64,000 nucleotides of DNA, from the NCBI RefSeq assembly GCF_009914755.1, contig NC_060938.1, one strand, 5' to 3'. The translations under genes were made by a program, and so were the position numbers. The stretch comes from the human T2T-CHM13v2.0 reference genome, Homo sapiens. The notes under the pieces are model-generated. The model was not told the DNA's origin. It was given only the letters and a program-made list of their open reading frames with translations, and made no database searches. The number at the start of each line of letters is the position of its first letter. Position 1 is the stretch's first letter. This document shows positions 23,296 through 36,307 of this stretch, piece after piece.

Positions 23296-23794
23296 TGGGC
23301 TATGAGGTAATGGAGGCAGAAAAGTGGCAGTTTCTAGGAAGTATAGAGCCAGCTAGGAACTGCAAGGTAACCTTAGTGGGGGTGGAAGATGTCGGGCCCC
23401 TGCCTCATTTCTAGACATCTGGGTAAATCTCACCCCTCACAGTAGTTCCAGGAACCCCTCCATCCAGCATTTCCTTCTCGCAATCAGCATGGAGCTTTTG
23501 GGGTGCAGAGAAGTGTCTTCTATTCACTGCACTCTGTGGGAAGGGAAAAGGGGGAGTGCTATTTATGAACCCTGTATAATACAGTAGGGTCTCATCTCAT
23601 ATATTTTGGGAGAATTTTCAGCTGAAGAGAGCAAGCCTCAGAGAACTCAGGTAACTTTATCTTCAATAGCATCCAGTTGTGATTTATTGAGCAGTTACTA
23701 TGTGCCAGGCAACATGCTCGGTGGTTCCTTATATATTATCTCATGAAATCCTACAGCAACACAAGGAGACAGGCATAACTACCCCATTATAAGA

Positions 23795-24278
23795 ATTGTG
23801 GTAAAATATACTAAAATTTAGTGTCTAACTATGTTTAAGTTTATATTTCAATAGCATTGAATACATTCGCAATGTTGTGCAACCAATTTCCAGAATGCTT
23901 TTCATCTTGTAAAGCTACAATTCTGTAACTCATTTAAAAACAACTCCTCAATCACCACCCTCCCCAGGACCTGGTAGCCACCATTCTCCTGTCTGTCTCT
24001 GTGGATTTGACTACTCTAGGTGCCTTGGAAAAGTGGAATAATACAGCATTTGTCTTTTTGGTTTGGCTTATTTTGCTCAGCCTAATGTCCTCAAGGTTCA
24101 TTCTTGATGCAGCAGGTGTCAGACTCTCCTTCCTTTTCAAGGCTGAACACTATTCCACTGTATGCATAGACAGCATTTTGTTGTTCCGTCCATCCATCCA
24201 TGGACACTTGGGTTGCTTCCACCTTTTGGTTATTGTGGATGATGCTGCTCTGAACATGGTTGTGCAAGTATCTCTTCC
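23795..24278 (-). mobile_element. L1MB 3' end
   Basis: AATTGTGGTAAAATA...CTGTCTCTGTGGATTTGACTACTCTAGG...GGACACTTGGGTTGCTTCCACCTTTTGG. Confidence 0.9.
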
Positions 24279-24794
24279 AGGCTAGCCCCATTATACAGAA
24301 GAGCATAGATTCTGGGAAGAGGGATGACCAGCCCGGGGCCTTTGGTGAAGTCCTGGTGGAGGATCTCCCAGACCTCAAATGCAGAGCTCCTCTCGTCACC
24401 CCACTGCCTTTCTTAAGACCTGCCTCCTGCTCCACCACACAGTGCCCACTCCCTGGCACTAGACTTGCTAAGGCCTCTTGATCCCTGTAAGTTCAGGGAC
24501 AAGAATTGGTGGGCACAACTACAGTCACTCCCTTCTCTGTTCCCTACTGCAGATTCTGTGCCAAACAATACATGACAATGACCTGCTTTCCACTCTTTCA
24601 CCAGATGTGGATGAGGTGCCTACAGCATACCAGGCATGTGTGGGCACTGGATGGAGACCCCTGGGAAATGAGTAGATGTGAGCTCCTCAAGGCCAGGGGT
24701 ATCCCTTTCACTTGCTGCTGCCCTGTGAGGGATGGAGGGGAACCCTGAAGCATTGGAGAAGTGCATGAGTGACCTAGCTCAGATGATGATATCA

Positions 24795-25010
24795 TAGTAA
24801 CCCTGTTTATTATCACCTACCATGTGCCAGGCATTGTGCGAAGTACTTTGCACACATTACCGGCTGTAAAGCTCAGAGACAACTGTAGGAGTGAATCTGT
24901 TATACCTCCCACTTTACAGAGGAGGAAACTGGCCCCCAGAGAGGTGAACCAGTCTTCCCCAGGCCTTGCAGCTAGTCTCTGGGATGTGGATCCAGGCGGT
25001 CTGACTCAGA
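24795..25010 (-). mobile_element. MIR
   Basis: CACCTACCATGTGCCAGGCATTGTG...CCCACTTTACAGAGGAGGAAACTG. Confidence 0.8.
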
Positions 25011-25063
25011 GATCCCCTCATCCTCTTGGTTTTTGCCCCTGTAGCCCTCTGGCCTGTCCCCAG

Positions 25064-25417
25064 GGCCCTGTACCCTTGGCCACCCCCAAGATAACCTGGA
25101 CATGGGCTTCAGCAAAGGCAGCAACCCCAGCACATCTCCATTTGATTGGGAGGAACCTCAGGCCCACCACAGGAGCACTGGGCTGAAGGTGGTGTAGGTC
25201 CTGGCTGAACCACAATGCACCCATGTTGGAGGATGCACCCTAGGATGGGCAGCAGCAGGAGGGCTCCCTGCCCAGCAACCGGTAGTGGTACCTGAGAACA
25301 AAGGAGGAGAAGGAGGCTTTGGACACAGGTGTGGAGAAGCCCAAGGAGGAAGAAGAAGACTTGGACTATGGGCTGCTGGATGGCCTCAAGGACCCCCTCC
25401 CAGAAAAGGAACTTTGA
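25064..25417 (+). pseudogene. Candidate decayed terminal coding exon L-4
   Basis: Pyrimidine tract and ctgtccccag acceptor, phase 1. Reads PCTLGHPQDNLDMGFSKGSNPSTSPFDWEEPQ..., then after a frameshift ...[38 protein letters not shown]. Internal TAG stops present. Confidence 0.45.
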
Positions 25418-27229
25418 GGCTGAGATGAAAGTGCTCCCTATTTTCTATCCTGGAACTGCTACAAACCTCGGTGTGACATCACAGGGCCTCGTTTCCCTAT
25501 TTATAAAATGGGATTTTATGGGGGTTCCAATGGGACACTGGACTGAGAGCATTTTGAGAATTGTAAAAAATGTACAGTGAGGGAATAATTATTATCAATG
25601 GACCATTGCTCTTCCAGTAGTTAGTAGTCTTTAGCAAATATTTGAAGGTAAAATATAGTTTGTTGAGGAGGTTTGCAGCAGCTGAGGCCCTCAAGAGTCT
25701 TTTCTGTCTTGGTTCAAAGCTGGCCTCTGACAGGGACCTTCTTGGTGCTACCCCTGAGCCCCTCATCCTTTGTGCAGACTTCTCGGGGTTCTTATTTCTC
25801 TTGCATCTTGTGGTTCCCTAGTGGATGGCGTGCTGCATCTTCACTCAGAGCTAACTGCATCTCCTCCAGGCCCATGTCCCTTGTGCAGCACCCACTTCTC
25901 CCTCACCAGGACTCAAAACCTTCTGTGACTGACCTCTGCTGACCTCCCAACTTTACCACCTCTCATTCTTTCTGCTCCTCCAGTTCCATGCCTGTGCCCC
26001 TCAATCTTGTGGCTCACACTCTCACCCAAGCTGTTCTCCATCAGGATTTCCTTGGCTCCCCTTTCTGCTAGGCAAATTTGTGTTCATCCTTCCAAGCCCT
26101 GCACAGATGTCCTCCTCTGAAAGCTCTGCCTGAGGTCACAGAGTCCAGGAACAAGGTAGTCCTTGCTCTCTGCTGCCTCTGGGTTTTGTGCCTTTATCAC
26201 TTTGGTGTGACTGCCTAACTCCTGCTGAAGGGAGGCATTTTGGCTTTACTCACCTCAGTATCTCCTGGGTCCAGCTGGGTGTCCGGTCTGGCCCAGAATC
26301 TGTGCTCATCCAGGGTGTATAGAACTCACAAGGAACCAGGAATGTTTTGCAAATAATACCACCCTCCCACACTTCTCCAATGTTTACTTTCTAAGCTCCT
26401 TTACTCTTTGACATTCAAATTTCTAAATGGCCTGTATGTATTTACAATGCCTGGGAAAATGCCTTCAGAGGACAAACACACCACACCAGCAGAATGTATT
26501 TGCATTGACTAGGATTATGGATGAAATTCAGCTTTCTGGCAAATGAATCATTTGGCATTGGCTGAGTATCTGCTCTGTGCCAGATATTCAGCTGTGATCT
26601 CTAGAAAGAGACATGAACTACTGACACAGTCCTTGACCCCGAAGAGCTCAGAATCCAGTGAGTTTGATTTCTTGTAAGTTAGAGACAGAGTTCAGAGCAG
26701 AAGCTCAGGCAGAAGAAGAGAAGTAAAATGGACACACCAGAGGCAGTGACAGCCACACAAGTGTCTGGGGACACTGAGTGCAGCAACAAATAGCTTAGGC
26801 TACCTTGGCAGCCCACGAAGGTATCACGATTTCCTATTGCAGCATCTCAGTGATGCTTTTGTTATGCTGATCTCTGCTATCTCAGATATCATACTTTGAA
26901 AATATTTATCATGTACTCCTATTTTTTGTTTTTACTTAATAATTTTATGCTCATCAATTCCACCTATATCTTTTCTGCTAGTCAGTCTACACATTAGTTT
27001 TCAACTAGAAGTCGTTTTTTTAAATGTCCAAGTCCTCTCACATTTTGTATGCATATTATAGTTTTTCATATTCTATTTGTGTTGAAAACTCTTATTCCAA
27101 GAGCCTTTACTCAGTAATTCTGGATGATGTATAAATTGTGTTGTGGGTGTTCCCGTGGATTTTCTTTTGCATATGTGAGTTCCCTATTCCTCTGGGGGGA
27201 GTGTAGCTATGTATGTTCAAAAACAAAAA

Positions 27230-28400
27230 TGATTCAAGTCATTATAAACAAGATAATATGTGAAGAGTGCAGGCAATGATATCTTGAATAAGAATAATTG
27301 GCACTGACATTGATAACTCAAATTGGAATAAAAGAGAACTAAAAGTTCATTATCATGTAGTGATTCCTTAAATTAAGGAAGGATTTGGATGTAGATTTAT
27401 AGGGGAAACATGTTACCAGGACATTCTTGAGAAAATAAAAGGATGGCTGAAAAAATTATGTAAAACCCGAAGGGGCATTCAAGCAACAAATAGACATAAA
27501 AGATCTCAGATAACATCACCGCAAAAATCTAGCCAAAGAATGAGCCAAAATAAGGAGAAAGTAAATAGAGACATTTTATGAAATGACAGATGAAAAATAA
27601 GTCATATAAATACAGCACATAGATTAAGCAACTAAAGAAAACTGACTATAGAATAAAAGGCATAAATTTTGGTAAAACAAGAATAATGCAAGTTACAAAA
27701 CTCTAGAGGTTGCAGAAGAGAATTTTAAAAAAAACTGTCCTCACATGATCTCTTATAAAAAGATGTAGACTGGAGCAGTCTAAAAGTAAAATCTGAAGGC
27801 AAAATAGAAACCACAGGAACTTCTACCAGTAACTGCAGATTTGTAATTGATACCAACTCTCCCATGGAATACAACAACAAAATTTTCTTCGAGACACTAA
27901 GTGTTAACAAAGCAATGGAAAATTGCAAAGCCCAGATCCAAGAGATGAGCTTGGCATTGAGCATCACTTTTCAGCTCAAGATTTTTACTGATACTAGGAA
28001 GTTAAAAATTAGATTGCAAAACTAAGGAATATTTTTGACAGCCAAATGCATGTAACTGTGTCAGTGTGCAAGGGAATGTGGTGGGGAGAATTGGAGCACA
28101 GTACCCTCCAGGCTTTGAGTTGGGGGCAAAGACTACACTCGATAAAGACCAGCCCACTCAGGGACATAAAACTACTGTCTGATTATCTGTACACTTATGG
28201 ATGCATTAAAGTAACCTGCTAGTGTCCTTAGCTTACTGCAAAGAGCAAATTTAATTCCTCTCTAGAGAATGTTAACATTTCCAGGGCCTCAAATTACTTT
28301 CAGTTTTTCATATATAATGCCTAGAACTCAATTTAAAAATACATGTAAATAAATACATGATGAGATATGATGAAGAAATTATTGAAAAAAAAGATGAGGA
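27230..28400 (+). mobile_element. Ancient L1M fragments (ORF1/5' region)
   Basis: Strong A bias on the + strand and degraded L1-like phrases. Confidence 0.45.
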
Positions 28401-29076
28401 TGATATGGTTTGGCACTGTGTCCCTGCCCCAATCTCATCTCTAATTGTAATCTCCACGTGTTGAAGGAGGGACTTGGTGGGAGGTAATTGGATCATGGGG
28501 GTGGTTTCCTCCATGCTATTCCTGTGATAGTGAGGGAGTTGTCATGAGATCTGATGGTTTTAAAGGTAGCAGTTTTGTCCAGTGCAATGGCTCACACCTA
28601 TAATCCCAGCACTTAGGGAGGCTGAGGTGGGTGCATCACTTCAGATCAGGAATTCAAAACCAGCTGGCCAACATGGCAAAACTCCATCTCTACTAAAAAT
28701 ACAAAAAAATTAGCTGGGTATAGTGGCACATGACTGTAATCTCAACTACTCATGAGGCTGAGACAGGGGAATCACTTGAACCTGGCAGGCGGAGGTTGAA
28801 GTGAGCTGAGATCACACCACTGCACTCCAGTCTGGGCTACACAGCAAGACTCTGTCTCAAAAAAAAAAAAAAAAAAAAAAAGTGGCAGTTTTTCCTGCTC
28901 TCTCTCCTGCTGCCATGTAAGATGTGCCTTGCTTCTCTTTTACCTTCTGTCATGGTTGTATGTTTCCTGAGGCCTCCCCAGCCATGCAGAACTGTGAATC
29001 AAGTAAATCATTTTTATTTATAAATTATCCAGTCTCAGGTAGTATATTTACAGTAATTTGAAAACTGACTAATACA
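28401..29076 (+). mobile_element. THE1/MST-family MaLR solo LTR (THE1D-like), interrupted by an Alu
   Basis: Starts TGATATGGTTTGG, ends ACTAATACA, contains CCTGAGGCCTCCCCAGCCATGCAGAACTGTGA. Confidence 0.9.
28577..28881 (+). mobile_element. AluS inserted in the THE1 LTR
   Basis: Full dimer with poly-A. TSD AAAGGTAGCAGTTTT / AAAGTGGCAGTTTT. Confidence 0.95.
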
Positions 29077-29164
29077 GCAGACATATAAGAGAAAAATCAA
29101 CAACAAAAAAAAGTTTTGCCTAGAAAAAAATAATGAATCTCTTTATAATTGTATAATTGTAGTA

Positions 29165-29486
29165 CAGATGTTCCTCAACTTATGATAGGGTTACATCCTG
29201 GTAAGCCCAATATAATTGAAAATATCATAAGTAGAAAATGCATTTAATATACCCAACCTGCCAAACATCATCGCTTAGCCTAGCCTACCTTAAACATGCT
29301 CAGTGCACTAACATTAGCTTACAGTTGGGCAAAATTATCTAACAGAAAGCCTACTTTATCAGAAAGTGTTGAATCTCTCATGTAGTGTATTGAATATGGT
29401 ACATTATGTTGAAATTGTGATTGTTTTGCAGTATTGTAAAGTTGAAAAATTGTAAGTCAAACCATCATTAAGTCAAGGACTATCCG
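29165..29486. mobile_element. MER47A (TcMar-Tigger MITE)
   Basis: TA|CAGATGTTCCTCAACTTATGAT...GCTTAGCCTAGCCTACCTTAAAC...TAAGTCAAGGACTATCCG|TA, with terminal inverted repeats and a TA TSD. Confidence 0.85.
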
Positions 29487-30383
29487 TATATTTAAATTCT
29501 TTTATACAGACACACACTCACACATACATACATACACACGGGGAAAGAGGGGAAAAGAGTGACAGAAAGATAAACAGTGAGCAAGAAAGAGAGACCAGAA
29601 ATTACCAGTGTGAGAAATTAATAAAGAGAGGACATCACTACAGTTTCTATAGACATCAAAACAAGTATAAAAGATTTATAGTGGCCCCAGCTAGTGTGAT
29701 AAGGCAATTAAAATAAATTAAATTTGTAAATATTGAAAAGGAAAGGTAAATGCTATTTTGGAGATGGCATGGCTATGTACAAATGTCAAAAATTATCTAC
29801 AAACAATTAGAAATAAAAGCCAGTTTGGTAAGGTGACTGGACTTATAACAAATGCACAAAAAGCAAAAATCAATTGTATACCTATTACACTTTTTGTCTG
29901 ATAAAGTAGAAATAATTCATCACAAACAAGGACAGAAAGGAAAGGGATTAAACACGTCCTTAAATTGTATACCCTAGATGCCTCTCTTGCTTCACCCTAG
30001 GCTCAGTCCTGATAAAAATGGCTCATTATTTGTTAGAGAAATTTAAATTAAAACTGTAATGACATACCATTCTACACATACTAGTTTGTCTAACATTAAA
30101 AGACTAACAATACCGATTACAAATGAAGATAGAGAACAAGGGAAATTCTCATAGACTGTTGGAGAAAAAGTAAATGGATGCAGCTACCCACTTACATATT
30201 TATACCACAAGATACAAACAAGGATGTTCATAGCAGCATTATTTGTTTAAAAAAAGATGAATTTTTAAAATTGCCTATTGACTATTATTCAGCAATGAAA
30301 ATGAACAAGTTAGAACTACATGTAACAACATAGGTCAGTCTCACAATGCATAATGTTAAGCAATAAAAGAAAATAAATGAGTG

Positions 30384-31182
30384 TGTACTTGTTTCCTGGG
30401 GCTGTTGTAACAACTTATCACAAACTTAGTGATTTTAAACAAGGTAAATTTATTCTCTCTCAGTTAGAGAGAACAGAAGTACAACATTTCGTTTCACTGA
30501 CCTAAAGTCAAGATGGCAGAAGGGCTATATTCTCAATGGAGACTCCAAAAGATAATTCATTCATGGCTTCTTCCATCCTGTGGGCCTTCCTCTATTTTCA
30601 AAGCCAGCATCACAGCATCTTCAAACTTCTCCGTCTCTATTGTCCCATTGCCTTCTGCTCCCTTTGTCTCCTTTTTACAAGGACACTTGTGATGGCATTT
30701 AGGGCTCACTCAGATAACCCAGGATGATCTCCTCTCAAATTTCTTTTTTCTTTCTTCTTCTTTTTTTTTTTTTTTTTTTTTTTGTTTGTTTGAGACAGAG
30801 TCTTGCTCTGCCACCCAGGCTGGAGTGCAGTGGCGCGATCTTGGCTTACTGCAACCTCTGCCTCCTATGTTCAAGTGATTCTCCCTGCCTCAGGCTCTCG
30901 AGCAGCTGGGATTACAGGCGCCGCCACCACCACACCCAGCCAACTTTTGTATTTTTGGTAGATACGGGCTTTTGACCATGTTGGCCAGGCTGGTCTCGAA
31001 CTCCTGACCTCAGGTGAATCCACCTGCCTCGGCCTTTCAAAGTGCTGGGATTACAGACATGAGCCACTGTGCCCAGCCTCAAATGTCTTAAATACATCTG
31101 CAAATGCCCTACTTCAAATAAGGTCAGGCTCCATGGATTAAGACATGGACATGCATTTCAGAGGCATTATTGGCCTACAACA
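30384..31182 (-). mobile_element. MLT1C/D MaLR solo LTR interrupted by an Alu
   Basis: TG...CA ends with a perfect 5-bp TSD GAGTG (30379-83 and 31183-87). Contains AAGGACACTTGTGATGGCATTTAGGGC. Confidence 0.85.
30746..31078 (-). mobile_element. AluS (Sx/Sz-like)
   Basis: Poly-T and full dimer. TSD CTCAAATTTCTT / CTCAAATGTCTT. Confidence 0.95.
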
Positions 31183-33675
31183 GAGTGGGTATATAAATAT
31201 CAAAACATTAAGAAAAGTAAACTCCAAATAGTGGGTATCTTTGAAGACAAATGAAGGAGTAGTAATCTATTTTGCAAAAAAAACATGTTATTCTGAGTGG
31301 TAGTTGTGGAGGTATTTGTTTTGTGATAATTCCTTAAGGTGTATACATTTTCCTAAGGTTTGACATTAAATATATATGTTTATGCATAAATTATTCATAG
31401 ATATACATATAATTAAAATTTAAGAAATAAATTATAATGACTCAATCTTCTAATGTTTTTTAAAATTTTTTTAAAATGTGACCTTTTAGGAAATAATGCA
31501 GTTACATAGATAAATTTAATACTTCCAATTAAAAAAGCAGATATAGTATTCTTTTATTATAAAATTATGTTTTATCTATTCTGCTAGCTCTCTCTCTCTC
31601 ACTATACATATAGTTATGTTATCTTCCATCTATATCCAAACTTTTTGGAGTATGAAATTTGAAACACATATAACTATTTTACAGCTATTATAATAATTGT
31701 ATCTACTTATTCCTTTTAAACTTGAAAAATACCAAAAAGTGCAAAGAAGAAACAAAAAAAATCACCCAAATGAATTCCACCAACAGTTAACATTGGTTGT
31801 TTCTAAAAATTTGGGGTGATTTATTTTGTTTTCTTTGTACTCTTTGGCATGAAGTATTTTTATAAAATAAGCAAAGTCATTACTCTAAAAATCCCTGAAA
31901 TAAAACCTATGTAGAAATTTTAATAATGAAGATAACAAAGACAGGAATCACTGGTTACATAGCCATTTATTTAGTGCTTACCATCTACTATGCATTATTC
32001 AGTGTGTATTACATTTCGTTTTTCATCATCTCAATAATTTTGCAAGATATATACATATATAAAAAACAGAATATTGTACCTGTATTTATTATAGATGATA
32101 AAACAGAGGTGTTTTGGGAGTTTAAGTGACAGCCAGCAAACAATATTGCTGGGTTATGGTACCCAAGAGTTCTGGCTTCAGTGTGAAAAAAAATATTCAA
32201 TGTTTTCCACCGGCGCTCAGGATGATTCTAATTCAATTATGACTGAATCAGATTGATGTATTGACAATTCAGAAGTGCAGATTATTCAATGAAACCACGT
32301 ACGTGTGCATGTTTGTTTTCTCCTCAAATCTTGCTCCCCTTCCTTGTTCTTTCAACCAAAACCTAACACCTCCCTCAAAACACACAATACAAACAAACAC
32401 AACTAATGCCTTGAGATCTGAGGCCATAGCTGATACATATTTCAACACCAGAGTCTAGCACAGAACCTAGCACTAAAAGTCACCCCCAGAGTGTTTACTG
32501 TAAATAAACTAGTGATGAGACTGTAGCTTAAATCCATGACCATCAACTCTGCTGCCACACTTCCAAGCAAGAGTTAGGTCCGTCATTGAAGCTATGTAGT
32601 TGTGATTTATGCAGAAGCTTCATAAAGAAAACCAGAGTGTGGGTAGTGGGTAGCTGTAATCTCTTCTCAATTTCCTCTATGAAGAGATAAACTCATCGCA
32701 GTCTATAGCTACCAAACACAAAGGTCACAAGATTTCTGTGACAAAAACTCCCACTGCTATGATCTTCCACAAATAATGCTAATGGAAACAGAGAGGAAAA
32801 ACAATTATCAAACAATCAAATAAAGGTCTGACTGCATGCTCTTTTTCAAGATTTTGCATCTGAGGATATCAGAAAGGAAAGAAATTCAGAGGTGCAAATT
32901 GCCTCATGCACAAATCAATAACATGCTGGTCTAATGCTTGATTTCATGAGATTGCTGTTATATAAATGTAGGGAAAAGCAAATAATCAGGAGCCAAAATT
33001 GTCTCTTATCAGGGAAAGTTCATAATTAGTTTGCATTCTCACAGAATTCTAAATAGTACTGATTAATTAAGCCAATATGTATTCCAAGCAGCAACAGCTA
33101 CCAATAGTCAGCCTGTGTGGGGAGAAGCATAAATCCAATGAACTCAAATTTAATACCCCTAATTGTACCAATGTAAGTAACAGTCAATGACTGAGCATGC
33201 AGCCTTTTCCCTAGAAAATCTCTAAAATAGTTTTTAACTGAATTTTGTGAACAGTATGTAGAGAAAATCTAAGGAAAAAAATACAGTGAAGGCAAGAATT
33301 CCCAAAATGCAAATCAGAAAACATTAAAATAATATTATGAAAGTTTGGTTTTCACAATTAGGGTATTCTTCAAGTTCAATACACTTTCTCATTGTTGTAT
33401 TTTTCTTTTAATTTTTCAATTTCTAGACATATTTATGCAATTATTTGTAAATCTCTCTAAATTCTAGAAAAAAATTTTCCCATTTGAATGTCATAGAAAC
33501 AGAAATATAAAAACAATTTTAAGATATAAATATTCTTGAAGATTTATAACCAAATATTTTTATTCCTTATTCAACTAAAAATATTCCCTTATATCTGTGC
33601 CCCAATTAAAACAAAATTAAATAAAATGAATATTTTAAGATACTGGTTTTCAGCATTTTCTTACTTTTTTTGTAA

Positions 33676-34332
33676 ATGGTACAAAAATAAGTAACTAGTT
33701 CTCCTTTGCATAAAGAACTGCTCACCACTCTCCAAGAACAGCTGTTTAATTCGGACAAAGAAGAAAAGAATACAGATACACCTTTCTCTCCTCGAGAACA
33801 AAGCAAAGAGAAAGAGATCAAATTGATAGAGAGTGGGAAGAGAGATGATTTGTTATTGAAGACAGACATGAAAGGTCAAGATATGAATTTTAGATAGACA
33901 GTGTAAGAACTTGACAAGTGAAAAGAAAATCAACTTTGTGATGGAGGTCAGGAGATCGCGACCATCCTGGCTAACACGGTGAAACCCCGTCTGTACTGAA
34001 AAATAGAAAAAATTAGCCGGGCGTGGTGGCGGGCGCCTGTAGTCCCAACTACTCGGGAGGCTGAGGCAGGAGAATGGTGTGAAGCCAGGAGGCGGAGCTT
34101 GCAGTGACGATCGTGCCACTGCACTCCAGCCTGGGTGACAGAGCGAGACTCCATCTCAAAAAAAAGAAAAAAAAAACTTTGTGATCTGTTATATACTTGC
34201 AATGTCAGAAAAAAATAAGATATTATGCTTCAACTTCAAATTATCGACTATAGTACTGTAGTTGATGCAAGGGATGTAGATTTTAGGAAGAACAAAGAGA
34301 CCATGAGCCAGACTTGAGTGCCCTTCCTCCAG
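33676..34332 (+). pseudogene. Weak candidate exon R-1 (charged, Lys/Glu-rich), interrupted by AluY
   Basis: 63-codon open stretch LHKELLTTLQEQLFNSDKEE.... The frame is kept across the Alu site once the Alu and one TSD are removed and ends CAG|gtgttt in phase 0, but six stops are present overall. Confidence 0.25.
33943..34176 (+). mobile_element. 5'-truncated AluY
   Basis: GACCATCCTGGCTAACACGGTG and GGCGGAGCTTGCAGTG are AluY-diagnostic. TSD AACTTTGTGAT. Confidence 0.95.
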
Positions 34333-34824
34333 GTGTTTTTTGTCATCTTAATCAAACTAAGGCTCCTGTGTATTTCGGATTCATTGCTACAAGTTTAATC
34401 TGCCCCGTTGTTGCCTTTCATCTGCTTCTTTGTTGCCTGAGAAGTAGATTGATTTATTGATTTTGATTTTTTAGTTCAAGAAGGATATTTTAGTACCAGG
34501 CAAAAGTACCTAATTTATAAGGTGCTGAAAATGTGTGAAGATGCCACCTTTCCACTGAGTTTCTAAAAAACTTAATTGGCCTACTAAAATAATAGGCTTG
34601 ATTTTGAGGCCTGACTGCCAGTTACAAAGTGCAGGCTGGCTCAGATCTGTCCCTTTCAAGCTTAATGAACAGTCTTTGTTCAACTTCCAAACATTCCATA
34701 TGGTCAGTGCTTGAACTAACATAATATTTTCACTAAGAAAGAGAAGTTCAATACATTTACTCATAACTGCTAACTGAATAGCCTATATAGAGTCAAAATT
34801 TAGCCTATGTGTCTCTAATTTTTC

Positions 34825-34829
<5 letters not shown>

Positions 34830-34880
<51 letters not shown>

Positions 34881-34913
34881 TATGGAGAAGTTTTATGTTC
34901 ATATATATATATA
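34830..34913. repeat. (TA)n microsatellite
   Basis: Long perfect TA run at about 34831-34874. Confidence 0.95.
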
Positions 34914-35981
34914 TTTTTTTTTCTTTGGAGAAGTTCTATGTTCACTAGCTACTGTACTCTGGGGAACTTATATAAAATAGGCTGCCAGAACATGGATGAT
35001 TGATTTGGTTTTGTTGCTGATACCTACAAAATCTTGATTTCCCTTGACTTTCTACTCAGCAAGCTAGTAAATAAATTTATTAGTGGCAATATCATAGCAC
35101 TTTTCTCTGATGAGCTGAAAGTGTTTTCCAAGCATCTCCTCATTAATCCTTACAATATTTCTATGAAATTAACTAGCAGAGATATATCTATTTTAAGGTA
35201 CGGATCAAATTGTTTTATGGATAGGTGAGTTGTCCAGAATTGTATAGATTATTACTGGGGAAGAAGGAAGAAAATTAGGTTTCCCATATCTCAGATAACC
35301 ATATAATTTATTCTGCAAACTAGGAAACTTGTGAAAGTGATAGGGACACTATTAATAATGATGCCAGGAGAACACTGACAAACTGAGAATACAACCATGC
35401 TACCTATATCCTGCTGAATGGAATAGTAAGAAAATCACAATACCTAGTTGAAAGTTGTAAGCCAGAGGATTTGTTTCATTATTTTGAGTTGCTGTAAAAT
35501 AAAATTCTATTATGAATAGTTTGTTGCATTTACTTCCATTATTTTGGTATGCAATTTTTCAAACATACTTGGAATTATAACTTACATGTAATTTTGTATT
35601 CAGGATTTTTAATTTGACACTTCAAATTGTTTTGCTAATATACAAGAATGCTTTATAAACATTTACAAATTACCACATTATGTTAACATATATAGATTTA
35701 CTATAATCAACATAACCATAGCCCAGTTATTATTTACAATTATTTAGATTTATGAATAGTGCTCCAATGAGATTTGTAGCATACATTTTTCATATAGCTT
35801 TAACAATCTCCTTAGGATATATATATTTTTGATTGCCTCCAGTTATATTTTTCATCTTTATTTACAATTTGTTCTAATTTTTAGGCTTTAAGTTTACGTT
35901 TTGGGGGAATTTATTTTTTAATCTTGTTAGAACTTGTTTTGGTGACTGGTAGATGGGAACAATCATGAATGGTGTCATTAT

Positions 35982-36307
35982 TTGTCTTAGTCTGCTCGAA
36001 CTGCCATCACAAAATACCACAGACTGAGTGGTTTAAACAGAAATGTATTTTCTTACACATCTGGAGGCTGGAAAGTCCAAGATCAGGACCTGTGAATGTT
36101 TGCTATCTGGTGAGCGTTCTCTTGCAGACAGTCAAGTTCTCTCACTCTGTCCTCACATTGCAGGGAAAGAGAGCAAGCTCTCTGGTGTCTATGTTATAAG
36201 GGAACTAATTCCATCATGAGAACCCTGCCCTCATGACGTCATCTAAACTTTGTTACTTCCCAAAGGCCCTGTACCCAAACACCATCACATAAATTCTGAA
36301 TTTTGGG
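35982..36307 (-). mobile_element. MLT1A-type MaLR LTR
   Basis: TGTCTTAGTCTGCTC...AAAATACCACAGACTG...CTGGAGGCTGGAAAGTCCAAGATCA...CTCATGAC. Confidence 0.85.

Noticed and set aside
25400-25417. C-terminal EKEL as an ER-retention signal
   Set aside because: It is not a canonical KDEL/HDEL, no signal peptide is visible and the frame is decayed.
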